Source: an uncultured Clostridia bacterium | GTDB lineage: Bacteria > Bacillota > Clostridia > Christensenellales > UBA1242 | DNA length: 64,000 nt | Direction of reading: 5' to 3' | Assembly (NCBI GenBank): GCA_937992055.1 | Contig: CALKLQ010000055.1 | Location: 362 to 64,361 of the forward strand | Part shown: piece by piece, positions 12,401 to 22,200 of the stretch | Numbering within the stretch: the stretch's first letter is position 1 | How the letters are laid out: the number at the start of each line of letters is the position of its first letter | Notes under the pieces: generated by a model | Told to the model about the DNA's origin: nothing | Databases searched by the model: none | Seen by the model: only the letters and a program-made list of their open reading frames with translations | Program-made: the position numbers and the translations under genes

Positions 12401-15400
12401 TGCAATTTCAGCCGAAATTGGTTTGAAATCTGAAGGCAAGGTTAAATCATTTAGCAAAATGTAATAGCCTCCTTCCTCCATTGCAATAAAATCTTCATAA
12501 TTATTTACCGGAGTTGGGGCATCTATTGAGCTAAATTGATATATATTAAAAGCCCACTCTTCAGTTCGATTATAATACGCATCTGCATTTTCTTCAAAAG
12601 CTTTATGTTGAGGTTTGCCTCTTAAATATTCAAAGCCATATTTTACCCTAAATTTATAAGCAGGATTATCTGAAGAATGAATTTGAAGTGGTGAGAAAAT
12701 ATAACCCGTGCTCTGTCTTCCAGTTATAATGAAATAGCCTGAAGATGCCTGTGCACTAACACCATTATCTGTTATTCTAGTCCACATATTTTCTGCATAA
12801 CTATATGTTCCATTATCATTTAGACTACCAATTTGATACTCCCATATAGCATTTTTATTGATTGAATTTTCAAATTCTTGCTTTGATGCCAAAACATCTT
12901 GCAAAGAAGGAACAAATTCTGAATTTATTGAATTTTGCAATTTGGTTTCAAGCACATAAGTATTTCCTAATGCAACACTTGTTTTTCCTTCATAAACATT
13001 ATTAACCAAGTATCCACCAGATAAAAGTGCTATATCCACAACCACAAAATTTAGCGTATATGGAACACTTGTAACTGTTTGAGAATCAACCCTTTTTGTT
13101 CCATAAATTGAAAGTTGCCCTAAAACCCCCTCAAGATTTGTTGGATAAACAACATCTGTTGAAGCAATATGAAGTTTTTTGTTCTTCAAGTCTACATTTA
13201 CAATATCTTTTGAACTGTTCATTACAATTTCGTCTTCCAAGTAACCTTCGGAAGAAACTGTAAAGTCATAGGTTTGACCTTTTACAAGATAAACCTTTTT
13301 ATCTTGACCATCATTGAATAGCTGTTTGTTTAAAATTTCAAAACTAACATCAATTGTGTATTTAATTGTAATATTTCTTGTTTGCTTTAAAATAAGACCG
13401 CTCTCATCAAAAGTTTCAACAACAAATTCAATTTTATCTCCGTTATAACAATTAGCCCTGCTAGCATCATATTTAATCAAAATTTCATTGTCTAAATCTA
13501 AAATCTGCGACCTTGAAAGTCTGATTCCATTAGGCAAAATTATTGCTCCAGATTTTACCAGACCATCCTCGTCAATCCATGACATAATTGCATTAAGTTG
13601 AGAGTTGTCACTGTTCCATTTTATTTCAGCATAATCAAACTCTGAATTTAAAGGAGCAAATTCAATCTTTAAGAAATTAGGGTCATTTGGAGATAAATAA
13701 TTATTTGTAGAATTTCCACCACCTATTTGTAAATTACCTTCTTTATCAAATAATTCATATGAATTAATTAATATTTTTTCTAAAGATTGTTTAGTTAAGT
13801 TAACTTCTAAACCATATTCACAATTATTTTTTGCTCTAAAATTTATGAAATATTGACCTTTATAATTTTCATTAAAATTATCATTAAATTTTGCTTCATA
13901 AAAATAATTTATTTTATTTAATTTTAAAATTTCATTTAAATTAATAATTTCATTATTATCATTTTTTAATTCAAATTGTATTTCTTTTTTATAGACCTGT
14001 TTAAATAGGTCATAAATATTAATAATCTGTGAATTATAATACACTTCTGGGGCATTATCTAAATTAATTTCACTTAAAAACAATTTTCCATTATCAGTAA
14101 ACAAATATATTTCTCTTGAAATATCATCACTTGTTAAAGTTAAAATAAATTTTGATTTTTCTTTATAATTATTCGCCACAGAAATTTCATATTTTCTATT
14201 TTTTTCTGTCACATTAAAATAATTATCTTTTTTATAATTTTCATCAACTTTAACACTGAAAATATCTAGATTTTCATTAAAGTCATCGGTTAACACCTCT
14301 ACTTCAATTTCAAAAGTGTCGTTAGGTTCGATATTGTTAAACGCTTCGACTTTGCTTGTAATCTTTTCTGCGCCCTTTTTGTGTTCAACGTTAAATATTA
14401 AATTATTATCATAAAGTTTTTCATTACTATAATAATTGTTATTGAAAAATACGCTATATTTGGCATTGAGTGAAAAATTTTGCATTCCAGCATCACCTAT
14501 TGCCTCCAACAAATACAAATTTTCCCCAATCTTGTTAAACTGAACATGGGCAGAATCATTTTGTGAATCGTCAAAGATTACAATTTCATTGCCTGAAATA
14601 ATTTCAATGGAATAACCATTTAAAACAACCTCACTTGCCTTGGTTTGCAAAGTTACAGGAAGATTTTGTCCCTCATAAATTGTAATTGTCTTTCCTATAG
14701 TCAAAAGGTTGTCTTGTGTTTGAGAAGAGGTCAAATATAAACTATAATCGTCTATTTTTCTAACAACATAGACAAGAACATCTACACTATTTTTTTGATT
14801 TAAGTTTGAAACCACTTTAATTCTTACAATCCCAGTTCCATTTATAGAAAGCAATCCATTGTTCGTTATACTAACTATATTTTTGTCAAAAGAAATTAAC
14901 GTTACCTCGCCATCTACACTAAAAGGCAGTTCTTGGATATTTAAATTATTTAATTTTTCCTGATCTATAGAATTTTTAGCTTGATAATAATAAGCATAAG
15001 CCATTTTAGGTGCATCAGCATTGTCACAATTTAAAGCATAAGGAGTTTTCCCATTAATTGTAACATGTTCAACTAACAACTGAGTGTCTTGCATCTCAAA
15101 TTTTTCTTGATAAAATCTATCTGCACCGCCTAATAATAAATCTCCATAATAATTATCATAATTAGAAGCTGTATTAGGCTCCACATATTCTCTAGTAATG
15201 TAAGTTTCTGACTTTAACGTTGCGTCTTCAATTTCGCCACCATTCTCATTTGTTCCAAAAACTTGAACTTTAGGATTTTTAGAAACTATATAAGGATCAT
15301 CATCTGTTCCATTGCCAGTTATATTTAAACCAAAGTTCTTAGAATAAATCAAGCTTAAATCATTTCCCAAAGATGTTGCATCATCAATATTTTGTAATAC

Positions 15401-18400
15401 GCTATTAATAATGCTAGCATTATTTTCACTAAAAGCAACCAAACCGGCCAAATAGGCATCTTTTGAAGCATCTGTCACTTCGCCCAAACTTTTAACTTTT
15501 ACCCTGCTTACTATTCTGTCTAACTTACCACTATTAATTCCTAATATACCGCCTAAATAGTTATATGCCTGATTTGCCACCTCTATTTTTCCAAGTACTT
15601 TCAAATAATTTGAATAATTTTTTTCGTCCAACACATCTGCTTGAGCAAATATATTTCCATCAGAGCTGTTTTGACCAGCAATTGCGCCAATTGCAAAGCA
15701 GGTATTTTCCGCAGAATTTGGTACATTCTTTTCACCAATTACACTGATATTAGTTATTATATAATAATTCTCATTGTTATAAAGCTTAGTATAAAAATTT
15801 TCAACTCTTTCAATATTTCCATTGTTTTTTCCCGCAACACCGCCAATATAACTTCGAGTTTGCTTTCCTTGCATAGCATAAGAAACTTTTAAAACTGAAT
15901 CTTGCAAAGAGAAAAGGTTAAAATTATTATATTCATATTGTTTTTCTAAATATTGATAATTTCCTCCAATATTTGTTTGAATTTTACCGTTATTTTCGCC
16001 AACAATTCCACCTATCAAGAGCTCGTTTGAGGTTGAAACTTTTACATTACTATTTAATAATTCAACATGAATGTTTTGAATTTCGCCATTATTTTCCCCT
16101 GCTAAAAATCCTATTTTAGCCTTGTTTTTTAGTTCAATTTCAATTTTACCACTCAAAGTTAAATTAGAAATTTTTCCTTCTTTTGCAATTTTAGTAAAAA
16201 GACCACCATATGAAGTTCCATCAATCTCTTTAGAATTGTTTATATTCAGGCCAACTATTGAACCTTGTCCAAGACCATTGATTGAACCACTAAATTCACC
16301 CAATGGAGCAAAATTTATTGCACTTAAATCTATTTTAGAAGTAATCAAATAGTGCTTATCAAGTCCAAATTTAGAAATATTTAAAAGCTCTTCCGCAGTT
16401 GAAATTATAAAAGGTGCATTTTCACTTCCATCTCCTACAATCACAGGTATTTTTAACGAGTTATTAGGATTTTCTATACTATTAGAAATGCTACTTTTAG
16501 GAATTATAATTAAATTACCGGTTCCGCCGCCATTATTAGAATATGAAAGTCTTACACCATTATTATTTAGTGATTCTATTCCAACAATGTTTGAAGATGA
16601 ATTTGAAGTTGGCTCAAATATAAATATTAAATCTTTATGCACTGCATCAAGTGGAAGAATATAGGTATACAAATCTACATTTTGATGAGTTGGAGAAAGA
16701 TATATTTGTTGTAAATAATTTGAGAGTCTAACCTCACTTACTTGAATATATTTTTGAGGAACAATCTTAAATGCTGCCGTATAGTTTTCATTAAAGTAAT
16801 TTACATTGGCATATATATAAAATTCTTCTGGCAAATCTTTTCCTGAATAATTCAATATAAACTCACCAGAGCTTAAGTTATAAGAACCAAGATTGTTTAT
16901 GTATAATATCTTTTCACCTACATTATAATTAGAAGGTTTAGATGCTGATAACTCTATAGTAATATTGGTATCGTTTAATAATTCAATATCTTTTGTTAAA
17001 GAAAATAGTTTATTATCCGTTTTTGATAAATCTTTGTAATAGTATCCTAAGTCGCCTTCACTATAAAGTGCAATTGACTTTTTTTCAAATTCCACACCTT
17101 CAAGAGGAACATAAGCCCTAACATTTAAGCTTCCTTCGAAATAATTTTCGTTATAATTTTCTTGGTTTACATCTGGAACTTCTAACACAAAATCATTAAC
17201 AACTTTAACTAAAATAGAATAATCTAAGACCTTTCCTTTAAATCCAGCTTTATCACATGCAATTGTGACAAACAAATTTTTTTCATCAAGTTCAATTTTA
17301 GCCCCTTCATCTTGCGCTTTAGAAAAATTTAAAGAGTATAACAATGGATTGGAAAGATTATAATTTTCTGGCTCAGTTTTTAAAATCAATTGTAAATTAG
17401 CATTATATGAATCATTTTCTAATGACAATCTAACATCAACATCAGTCAGGTTGTCACCCAAATAAGTTTTATCAGACAAATACGATGAATTACTTTCGTC
17501 AACATCAAGTTTTAATGCCTGTAATTTTTCAATTACTGTTACCATAAAATCTCTAAAAACACCATTAGGAAGAACAATTCTCCAAGTGCTCTCTCCAGCT
17601 TTTTTAGGTATAAAATTTAAAACCATATGTTTGTTAGAATTTATAATTTCATCTTGCAACTGATTAATTTCTATTGTGTCTGCTTGATTTGATAAGCAGT
17701 AGATTGAGCAGTTTTCAATGAACGCATTTTGGTCGTTAACATAAAATCCTTTAAAGACCTTAGGACCTTCTTCTAAGCTAATAAAAAGTCCATCTTTTGA
17801 ATTATATTTATCTTGTAAAGCCAAGGCGTTAGCACCTGTTTTAACTATATATGAGATTGAGGTAGAAATTTCATCTTGGTTATTTATTCCTTGCTGCTCG
17901 CCCCAAATTAAGTTAAAACTCAAGGTGATTTTTTTCCCATTAGTTTGTTTTATTCCTCTAGCTATCACAGGGAAAGAGGTATTTGTTATTTGCGCAGTAT
18001 TTTCATTTTCAAAAATCGAAATGCCTGCAAGTGTAAAATTAATATAATCATTAACATTTCCACTAAGGCCTTCTTCCAAAGTTGCAACAACCTCTATTTT
18101 ATCAAAAATAGAGTTATATGGGAAAATTGAGATGTTTTGAACCGACTTGACGGTTGAATAGGCACCATCAAACAACACTTGTTCAAACGGCAAATCAGAA
18201 TCATTTAAACGAATCTCGTTTGGAGCCTGCTCAACGATCAAATCAAAAGTTCTATAAACCGCATATTCTTCAAAACCATAATAATATATCTTAAATTCAA
18301 TTGTTGTCTTTCCACTATTTAAACTTTGAAGGTCAAAATCAAAGATAATATTGTTGTTTTCAAGATAGGATTTAGATATATCAAACTCAGAACACTGTAC

Positions 18401-19237
18401 AACGGAATTTGAAATAACCTTTCTTTCAATTCTAATTTTTGAATTATCTCCGCTTTTTATAACATTTTTCAAGGTTTTTCTAGCGAATTCTTTTCTATTT
18501 GAAATGAAATATAAATCTTTATATTGCGTTGAAATGGAATTTTGTTCTTTTGAATAAAGATGTTCATTTTCTTCATAAATTTCAACACTGGAAATTTCAT
18601 CAATAATTTGGACATCAAAATCTATTGTTTTTTGTAAAAATGGTGATTTTGCAGTAATAGTAACAGAATCTGTATCTATAGTTTTAGGGTCTATTTCTGA
18701 TATTTTGTTTCCTGAGCCATCATAAAACTCAATTTGTGTTTGAGAAGTATTATGAGGAGTAAAATTGAAAAAGCTAGATGAAAGAATTAGTTTTTTAGGG
18801 TAGTTGTCACCTTTTACCGCAAACAAGTTCATGTCATCTTTAAGAGAGAAATCTTCTACAGCTAAAGATATTTTTATTTCTATCTCAAAATTTTTTCCTC
18901 CCTCTATTGTTGTAACCTTTAAAAAGCAGGTTCCAAAAGCCAAGGCTTGTATTTTTACGGTAGAGGTCATTTGTTTTTCATTATAATCTATTATCTGGGC
19001 AGAGATTATATTAGAGCTTGGGCTCAAAAATAGTTTACCACTTGCTCCTTTTGGCATATCTGCAACAGAGAACTCTAAATCAGCACTCTCTCCAACAGCG
19101 AGCGAAATAGAATTGTCTACAAGTCCACTGCCACTTGCAGATATTTTCACATTCTCATATGATTTTGTGCAAGCAGAGAAAAACAGGCCAGTAAAAGCTA
19201 AAATCATTCCCATCAAACAAATATAAATCTTTTTCAT
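9404..19237 (-). CDS. giant surface lipoprotein with Ig-like modules and GLUG-type repeats (3277 aa)
   Basis: Uninterrupted 9.8-kb ORF. N-terminus MKKIYICLMGMILAFTGLFFSAC is a signal peptide plus lipobox. N-terminal beta-rich Ig-like modules. Repeated module openers (APFIISTAEELLNI..., NPYIIMSAYEFENK...), each followed by many G-[GA]-[ILF]-[VA]-G-x-N-x-G-x-I-x-N repeats (GGIVGENNGKIQT, AGLVGLNSGYITNS, AGFVGYNEGNISSC). AGGAGA RBS 18 nt after the upstream giant gene, so probably co-transcribed. Confidence 0.85.
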   Translation of the reverse strand: MKKIYICLMGMILAFTGLFFSACTKSYENVKISASGSGLVDNSISLAVGESADLEFSVADMPKGASGKLFLSPSSNIISAQIIDYNEKQMTSTVKIQALAFGTCFLKVTTIEGGKNFEIEIKISLAVEDFSLKDDMNLFAVKGDNYPKKLILSSSFFNFTPHNTSQTQIEFYDGSGNKISEIDPKTIDTDSVTITAKSPFLQKTIDFDVQIIDEISSVEIYEENEHLYSKEQNSISTQYKDLYFISNRKEFARKTLKNVIKSGDNSKIRIERKVISNSVVQCSEFDISKSYLENNNIIFDFDLQSLNSGKTTIEFKIYYYGFEEYAVYRTFDLIVEQAPNEIRLNDSDLPFEQVLFDGAYSTVKSVQNISIFPYNSIFDKIEVVATLEEGLSGNVNDYINFTLAGISIFENENTAQITNTSFPVIARGIKQTNGKKITLSFNLIWGEQQGINNQDEISTSISYIVKTGANALALQDKYNSKDGLFISLEEGPKVFKGFYVNDQNAFIENCSIYCLSNQADTIEINQLQDEIINSNKHMVLNFIPKKAGESTWRIVLPNGVFRDFMVTVIEKLQALKLDVDESNSSYLSDKTYLGDNLTDVDVRLSLENDSYNANLQLILKTEPENYNLSNPLLYSLNFSKAQDEGAKIELDEKNLFVTIACDKAGFKGKVLDYSILVKVVNDFVLEVPDVNQENYNENYFEGSLNVRAYVPLEGVEFEKKSIALYSEGDLGYYYKDLSKTDNKLFSLTKDIELLNDTNITIELSASKPSNYNVGEKILYINNLGSYNLSSGEFILNYSGKDLPEEFYIYANVNYFNENYTAAFKIVPQKYIQVSEVRLSNYLQQIYLSPTHQNVDLYTYILPLDAVHKDLIFIFEPTSNSSSNIVGIESLNNNGVRLSYSNNGGGTGNLIIIPKSSISNSIENPNNSLKIPVIVGDGSENAPFIISTAEELLNISKFGLDKHYLITSKIDLSAINFAPLGEFSGSINGLGQGSIVGLNINNSKEIDGTSYGGLFTKIAKEGKISNLTLSGKIEIELKNKAKIGFLAGENNGEIQNIHVELLNSNVKVSTSNELLIGGIVGENNGKIQTNIGGNYQYLEKQYEYNNFNLFSLQDSVLKVSYAMQGKQTRSYIGGVAGKNNGNIERVENFYTKLYNNENYYIITNISVIGEKNVPNSAENTCFAIGAIAGQNSSDGNIFAQADVLDEKNYSNYLKVLGKIEVANQAYNYLGGILGINSGKLDRIVSRVKVKSLGEVTDASKDAYLAGLVAFSENNASIINSVLQNIDDATSLGNDLSLIYSKNFGLNITGNGTDDDPYIVSKNPKVQVFGTNENGGEIEDATLKSETYITREYVEPNTASNYDNYYGDLLLGGADRFYQEKFEMQDTQLLVEHVTINGKTPYALNCDNADAPKMAYAYYYQAKNSIDQEKLNNLNIQELPFSVDGEVTLISFDKNIVSITNNGLLSINGTGIVRIKVVSNLNQKNSVDVLVYVVRKIDDYSLYLTSSQTQDNLLTIGKTITIYEGQNLPVTLQTKASEVVLNGYSIEIISGNEIVIFDDSQNDSAHVQFNKIGENLYLLEAIGDAGMQNFSLNAKYSVFFNNNYYSNEKLYDNNLIFNVEHKKGAEKITSKVEAFNNIEPNDTFEIEVEVLTDDFNENLDIFSVKVDENYKKDNYFNVTEKNRKYEISVANNYKEKSKFILTLTSDDISREIYLFTDNGKLFLSEINLDNAPEVYYNSQIINIYDLFKQVYKKEIQFELKNDNNEIINLNEILKLNKINYFYEAKFNDNFNENYKGQYFINFRAKNNCEYGLEVNLTKQSLEKILINSYELFDKEGNLQIGGGNSTNNYLSPNDPNFLKIEFAPLNSEFDYAEIKWNSDNSQLNAIMSWIDEDGLVKSGAIILPNGIRLSRSQILDLDNEILIKYDASRANCYNGDKIEFVVETFDESGLILKQTRNITIKYTIDVSFEILNKQLFNDGQDKKVYLVKGQTYDFTVSSEGYLEDEIVMNSSKDIVNVDLKNKKLHIASTDVVYPTNLEGVLGQLSIYGTKRVDSQTVTSVPYTLNFVVVDIALLSGGYLVNNVYEGKTSVALGNTYVLETKLQNSINSEFVPSLQDVLASKQEFENSINKNAIWEYQIGSLNDNGTYSYAENMWTRITDNGVSAQASSGYFIITGRQSTGYIFSPLQIHSSDNPAYKFRVKYGFEYLRGKPQHKAFEENADAYYNRTEEWAFNIYQFSSIDAPTPVNNYEDFIAMEEGGYYILLNDLTLPSDFKPISAEIAGFDGNDKQIIISSNLSFENLDRIGIFSKIAEKSIVRNLNIKIDNSLRFSISQSGGTNYVGILAGENAGVVTNCSVEVIDANVKVSFIEAGSSNYVAGLVGLNSGYITNSRVCVNLTASSNLAGFVGYNEGNISSCYVNESLIVNTSNEGTNKTAGFVVYNATNENGKGKILNSYISGIHSGFITTIYANDTSSVVRSSTEVAGFVYENNGKIQNSYSDIPILSSSKNSGFVFVNNGSIFNTFSTCMLKSNSQESYGFVYDNASGQISNSYYLADTELNMSINTSNKFIQGLTEFKISDFSNEENFSTFAFSQNGEITKGIWFFPQNSYQGQFNNENKTFYIGRPELISPNVIVESSQILDMENTYIDEETGEITYAYKNNGDYSQGSVFNPYIIMSAYEFENKILKSNIGNLNSNYYRLVTNINYEQEGLYSTSLYNTTFIGDIEGNGMRIEGYVIDELSSLTSAGLFSRIGNGSSEVGSIKNLILVPKYINLPNANCVGALSGTLDSGYLFNVDVEGTTTDGKAIVVLGKNIVGGVVGRAIGNYKIYNINSSISANATFRSEAVLQNKKDDNATISSYFFNKTHSSLSLTTLSYSGSVAGVLAGEGDVSFVNINGKIASMAEFAGLLFGGVGNGVVIQNIDLELIDGQFVQPAVYGGIIAGECFGTLKDISITSNYEISGLFKTIPFVPYAIGGVVGLFGTDLNIESAIRESGEGRLENISVDATIQSSTIGVVGGLVGEMIGGEIDKCYFSSDLSSVEIAGGLVGRICITPSANLSYNKHGFLNAWPSSDETSYSIINNSYFEKGKVVVKNDDVNSSIAGGLIGEIEVNDNTPTFKFSNCFVDGLLNVSSDIYGGNFNAYLGGFVGKFINDKEISLEFENCYSLAQFKMNMRDLKGYNEEYILNYGYFFGGEFDLDITSQDLGYLTRKDNFGTISLEDDNNNFALRYYFNGAYVDISQNQNDSEKVYFKKIDMGVGTELDKATIMNKINGIKEVKD

Positions 19238-19255
19238 ATTTTCTCCTAAATTTAA

Positions 19256-22200
19256 TTAAGCCACGGTGTAATTTAAATAAGCCGAATATATTTTGTCCCC
19301 AACTTTATACCTTACTAAAGCGGTGAAAGTTCCTTCCACTGAAGAATCAAAACCTTCTATCATATCCAGACTTACTTCCACCTCTTTAATACCATTATCG
19401 TAATATTTAAAGGTCATATTTTCAGTTGAAATTGTTTCTCCTACAAGATAATTCCTTTTATACTCACCTGTCAAAATAGCAGAGTTAACGCTATAGGTAA
19501 ATTTTTGTGTGTAAATTACACCATTATTTTCATGACTCACCCATGCTGTAAATGTGCCTACACTTGAAGAAGAGAAATTAATAATTTGATATTCGGCAGT
19601 TGTAAGTTCTCTTTTGTTGCCTTCGCTGTCAATAAAGTAAACAACCGCATCTAACTCTTCACCCATAAGATATTCAGATTTATTTAAATCTACTTGAAGA
19701 GTGTTAACATACAACATTATGTCTGAATTTGTAGGATTGATAAACCTTATAACATTTCCTGAAGATTTACCTTCCCCTGCTTTGATCTGTCCGCTTTGAT
19801 TGTAACTATAAGTTGTTTCGCCTTCTTTGTAGACAATTTGGTTTAAAATACTACTACTAATTGCCCCAGCATTTCCGCCTATTCCACTCAAGTTGGTGTT
19901 TTTATCTTTGCCACTATTGCCTGCAGTAATGTTTCCTGAATTACTTGCTACCTTAATACTACCAAGTTTAGTCATATCCTCCAAAGTCAATTGTCCATTT
20001 TTATAAACTTTCCCGGTTAAATAATTAAAGCAAACTATACCAGAAGCATCTCCTCCGTTTCCAGCAATCATAGACACATGGCTTGAATCACCGCCATTTC
20101 CAGCAATAACATTTCCGGTATTTTGGCAACCATACAAAAGCGCATTCTCTTCTGAAATATAATTTAAATTGGCAAAATTCAAACTTTCATCGTCAATATC
20201 ATAAACCATTGCATTGTAAACACAAATTCCGGATGAATTACCTCCATTTTCAGAGTTAAATATTATATCACCTTCAATAAAACCATTGCCACCCTTTCCA
20301 GCTCTAATAGTTCCTGTATTACATGCGTTTTTAATATTACCAGCATTGTAAACTGCGATTCCGGCAGCATCACCGCCTTGTTTAGAATAAATGATTTCGT
20401 TTATTTCGCTTCCTTCAAATATTATATAACCATCTTGACCATTGCCAGCATTTATATTGCCTCTATTGTAAGTCTCTTTTGCAATTCCATCATCTAATAT
20501 GTTTCCAAAATTATAAACACATATTCCGCCTGCATCAGACAAGGAGGTAACAGTAGCTTGATTGGTACAATTTATAATATCACCTCTATTAATAATGCAG
20601 ATTCCTCCAGCAAGCTCAACTTTTGCATCATTTTTGATTGTTGCAGTAGTTTTAGTAACACAATTTTTAATTGTTCCATAATTAACCATAGCATATGAGG
20701 TTTGAGATAAAGATCCATCAATCTTAAGGTCTGTTAAGGTGCCATAGTTATATTTTATAAAACCAGCATAAGCTTCTTGTGCCCCCTCTTCATTAGGTGC
20801 AACAGCAAACATAATACTGCTATCAAGTCCCATTTTAGAACCATCAAGAGTTCCATAGAAATAATCTAAAACAAAATCATCTTCATTTTTTTCAACTGTA
20901 ATATTCTCTGTCAATGAGTAAACATAATTTACCCTGTCATCACAAACATTGACTAAATCTACAAAGTCTTTAAAGTTATTACTTTTTACTTTAAAAGGCT
21001 TATTTGCCGTTCCTAAGCCGTCAAAAGGTGCCTCTTTTTCAAACAAAATTAAATTGTTTAAAAGATTGTACGCTTTATATTTAGCCATGTAAAGTTGCTT
21101 ATACAAATTGCTTTGAATAGTAGAACCATTTTTTAAACTGCAACCCCTAATTGTTCCGCCTTCTCCAAGTTTGTTAGTAAATAAATCTGTACCCTTTTCA
21201 ATTTTTGCATCTAATGATGTAATTTCGCAATAAATATTTAAATTTTTAACTGCACCATTTATTTCTTCAAAAAGGAAAATATTTCTACCACTAGCGCTAT
21301 AATGAATGATTTTTCCATTTCCATCAATAATACAATCTTTTGGGACAATCATTCCATCTATTAATTTTAATGGAGATTCGGTTGAGCCAAAATCATTTTG
21401 TATTTGAATGGTAGTAAAGTTTTGATAATTATCGTTGGCGTCTTTATTATAGACATCAAATAAACTTAGCGCCAGTGAAAGCTCACTTAGACTTTCCACC
21501 TTGCAAACTTCGTTTTCAATGTTTAACGCCGATGTGCTGAAACCTATAGGATTTGCCCCATCTATTTGAACATTTAATTCATTAAGAGCACTTGAACTAC
21601 CAGCTGAACCAAAACAATCGTATTGTTTAAAGTTAAAATCAAAAGAACATTTTATAATCCAATCAACTAGACTAGTTCCTACTGACTCACCTAAAAACCA
21701 ATGAAAGTTTTTCTTGAAATTTTGTGAATTTCCTCCGTCTCCTCCGTTTGTGGAGCCTAAGCCACCCTTTCCGCCAGAAGCCCGAATTGCACCATTATAA
21801 TTGCTATCAATGACCTTACCATCATTAACTCTTTGTCCAGATTCACCTCTAGTTGCAACAAATCCATTATTAGTTTGCAAACTTAAATAAGAATTTGATA
21901 ATGCCTCCGCAGTGTTTCCATGATATCCATTTCCACCAGCTCCGCCGCCACCTCCAGCATAACCGACATTACAATTAGAAATAACATTACTCAAAACTCC
22001 AGAACCAAATGCCAATTTCCCAGCAATTGACATAGCAGATCCAACATTCATGACACCATTACCGCCTTGTCCACCTCTGCCACCTTGTCCAGCCATTCCA
22101 GGTTTTTGATATCTTTCAAACAAGTAATTGCTACTTAAATCATTTACTTTAATATTAGAAATTCCAGCGACTTTTCCAACAACAACTGATCCGCCATTGC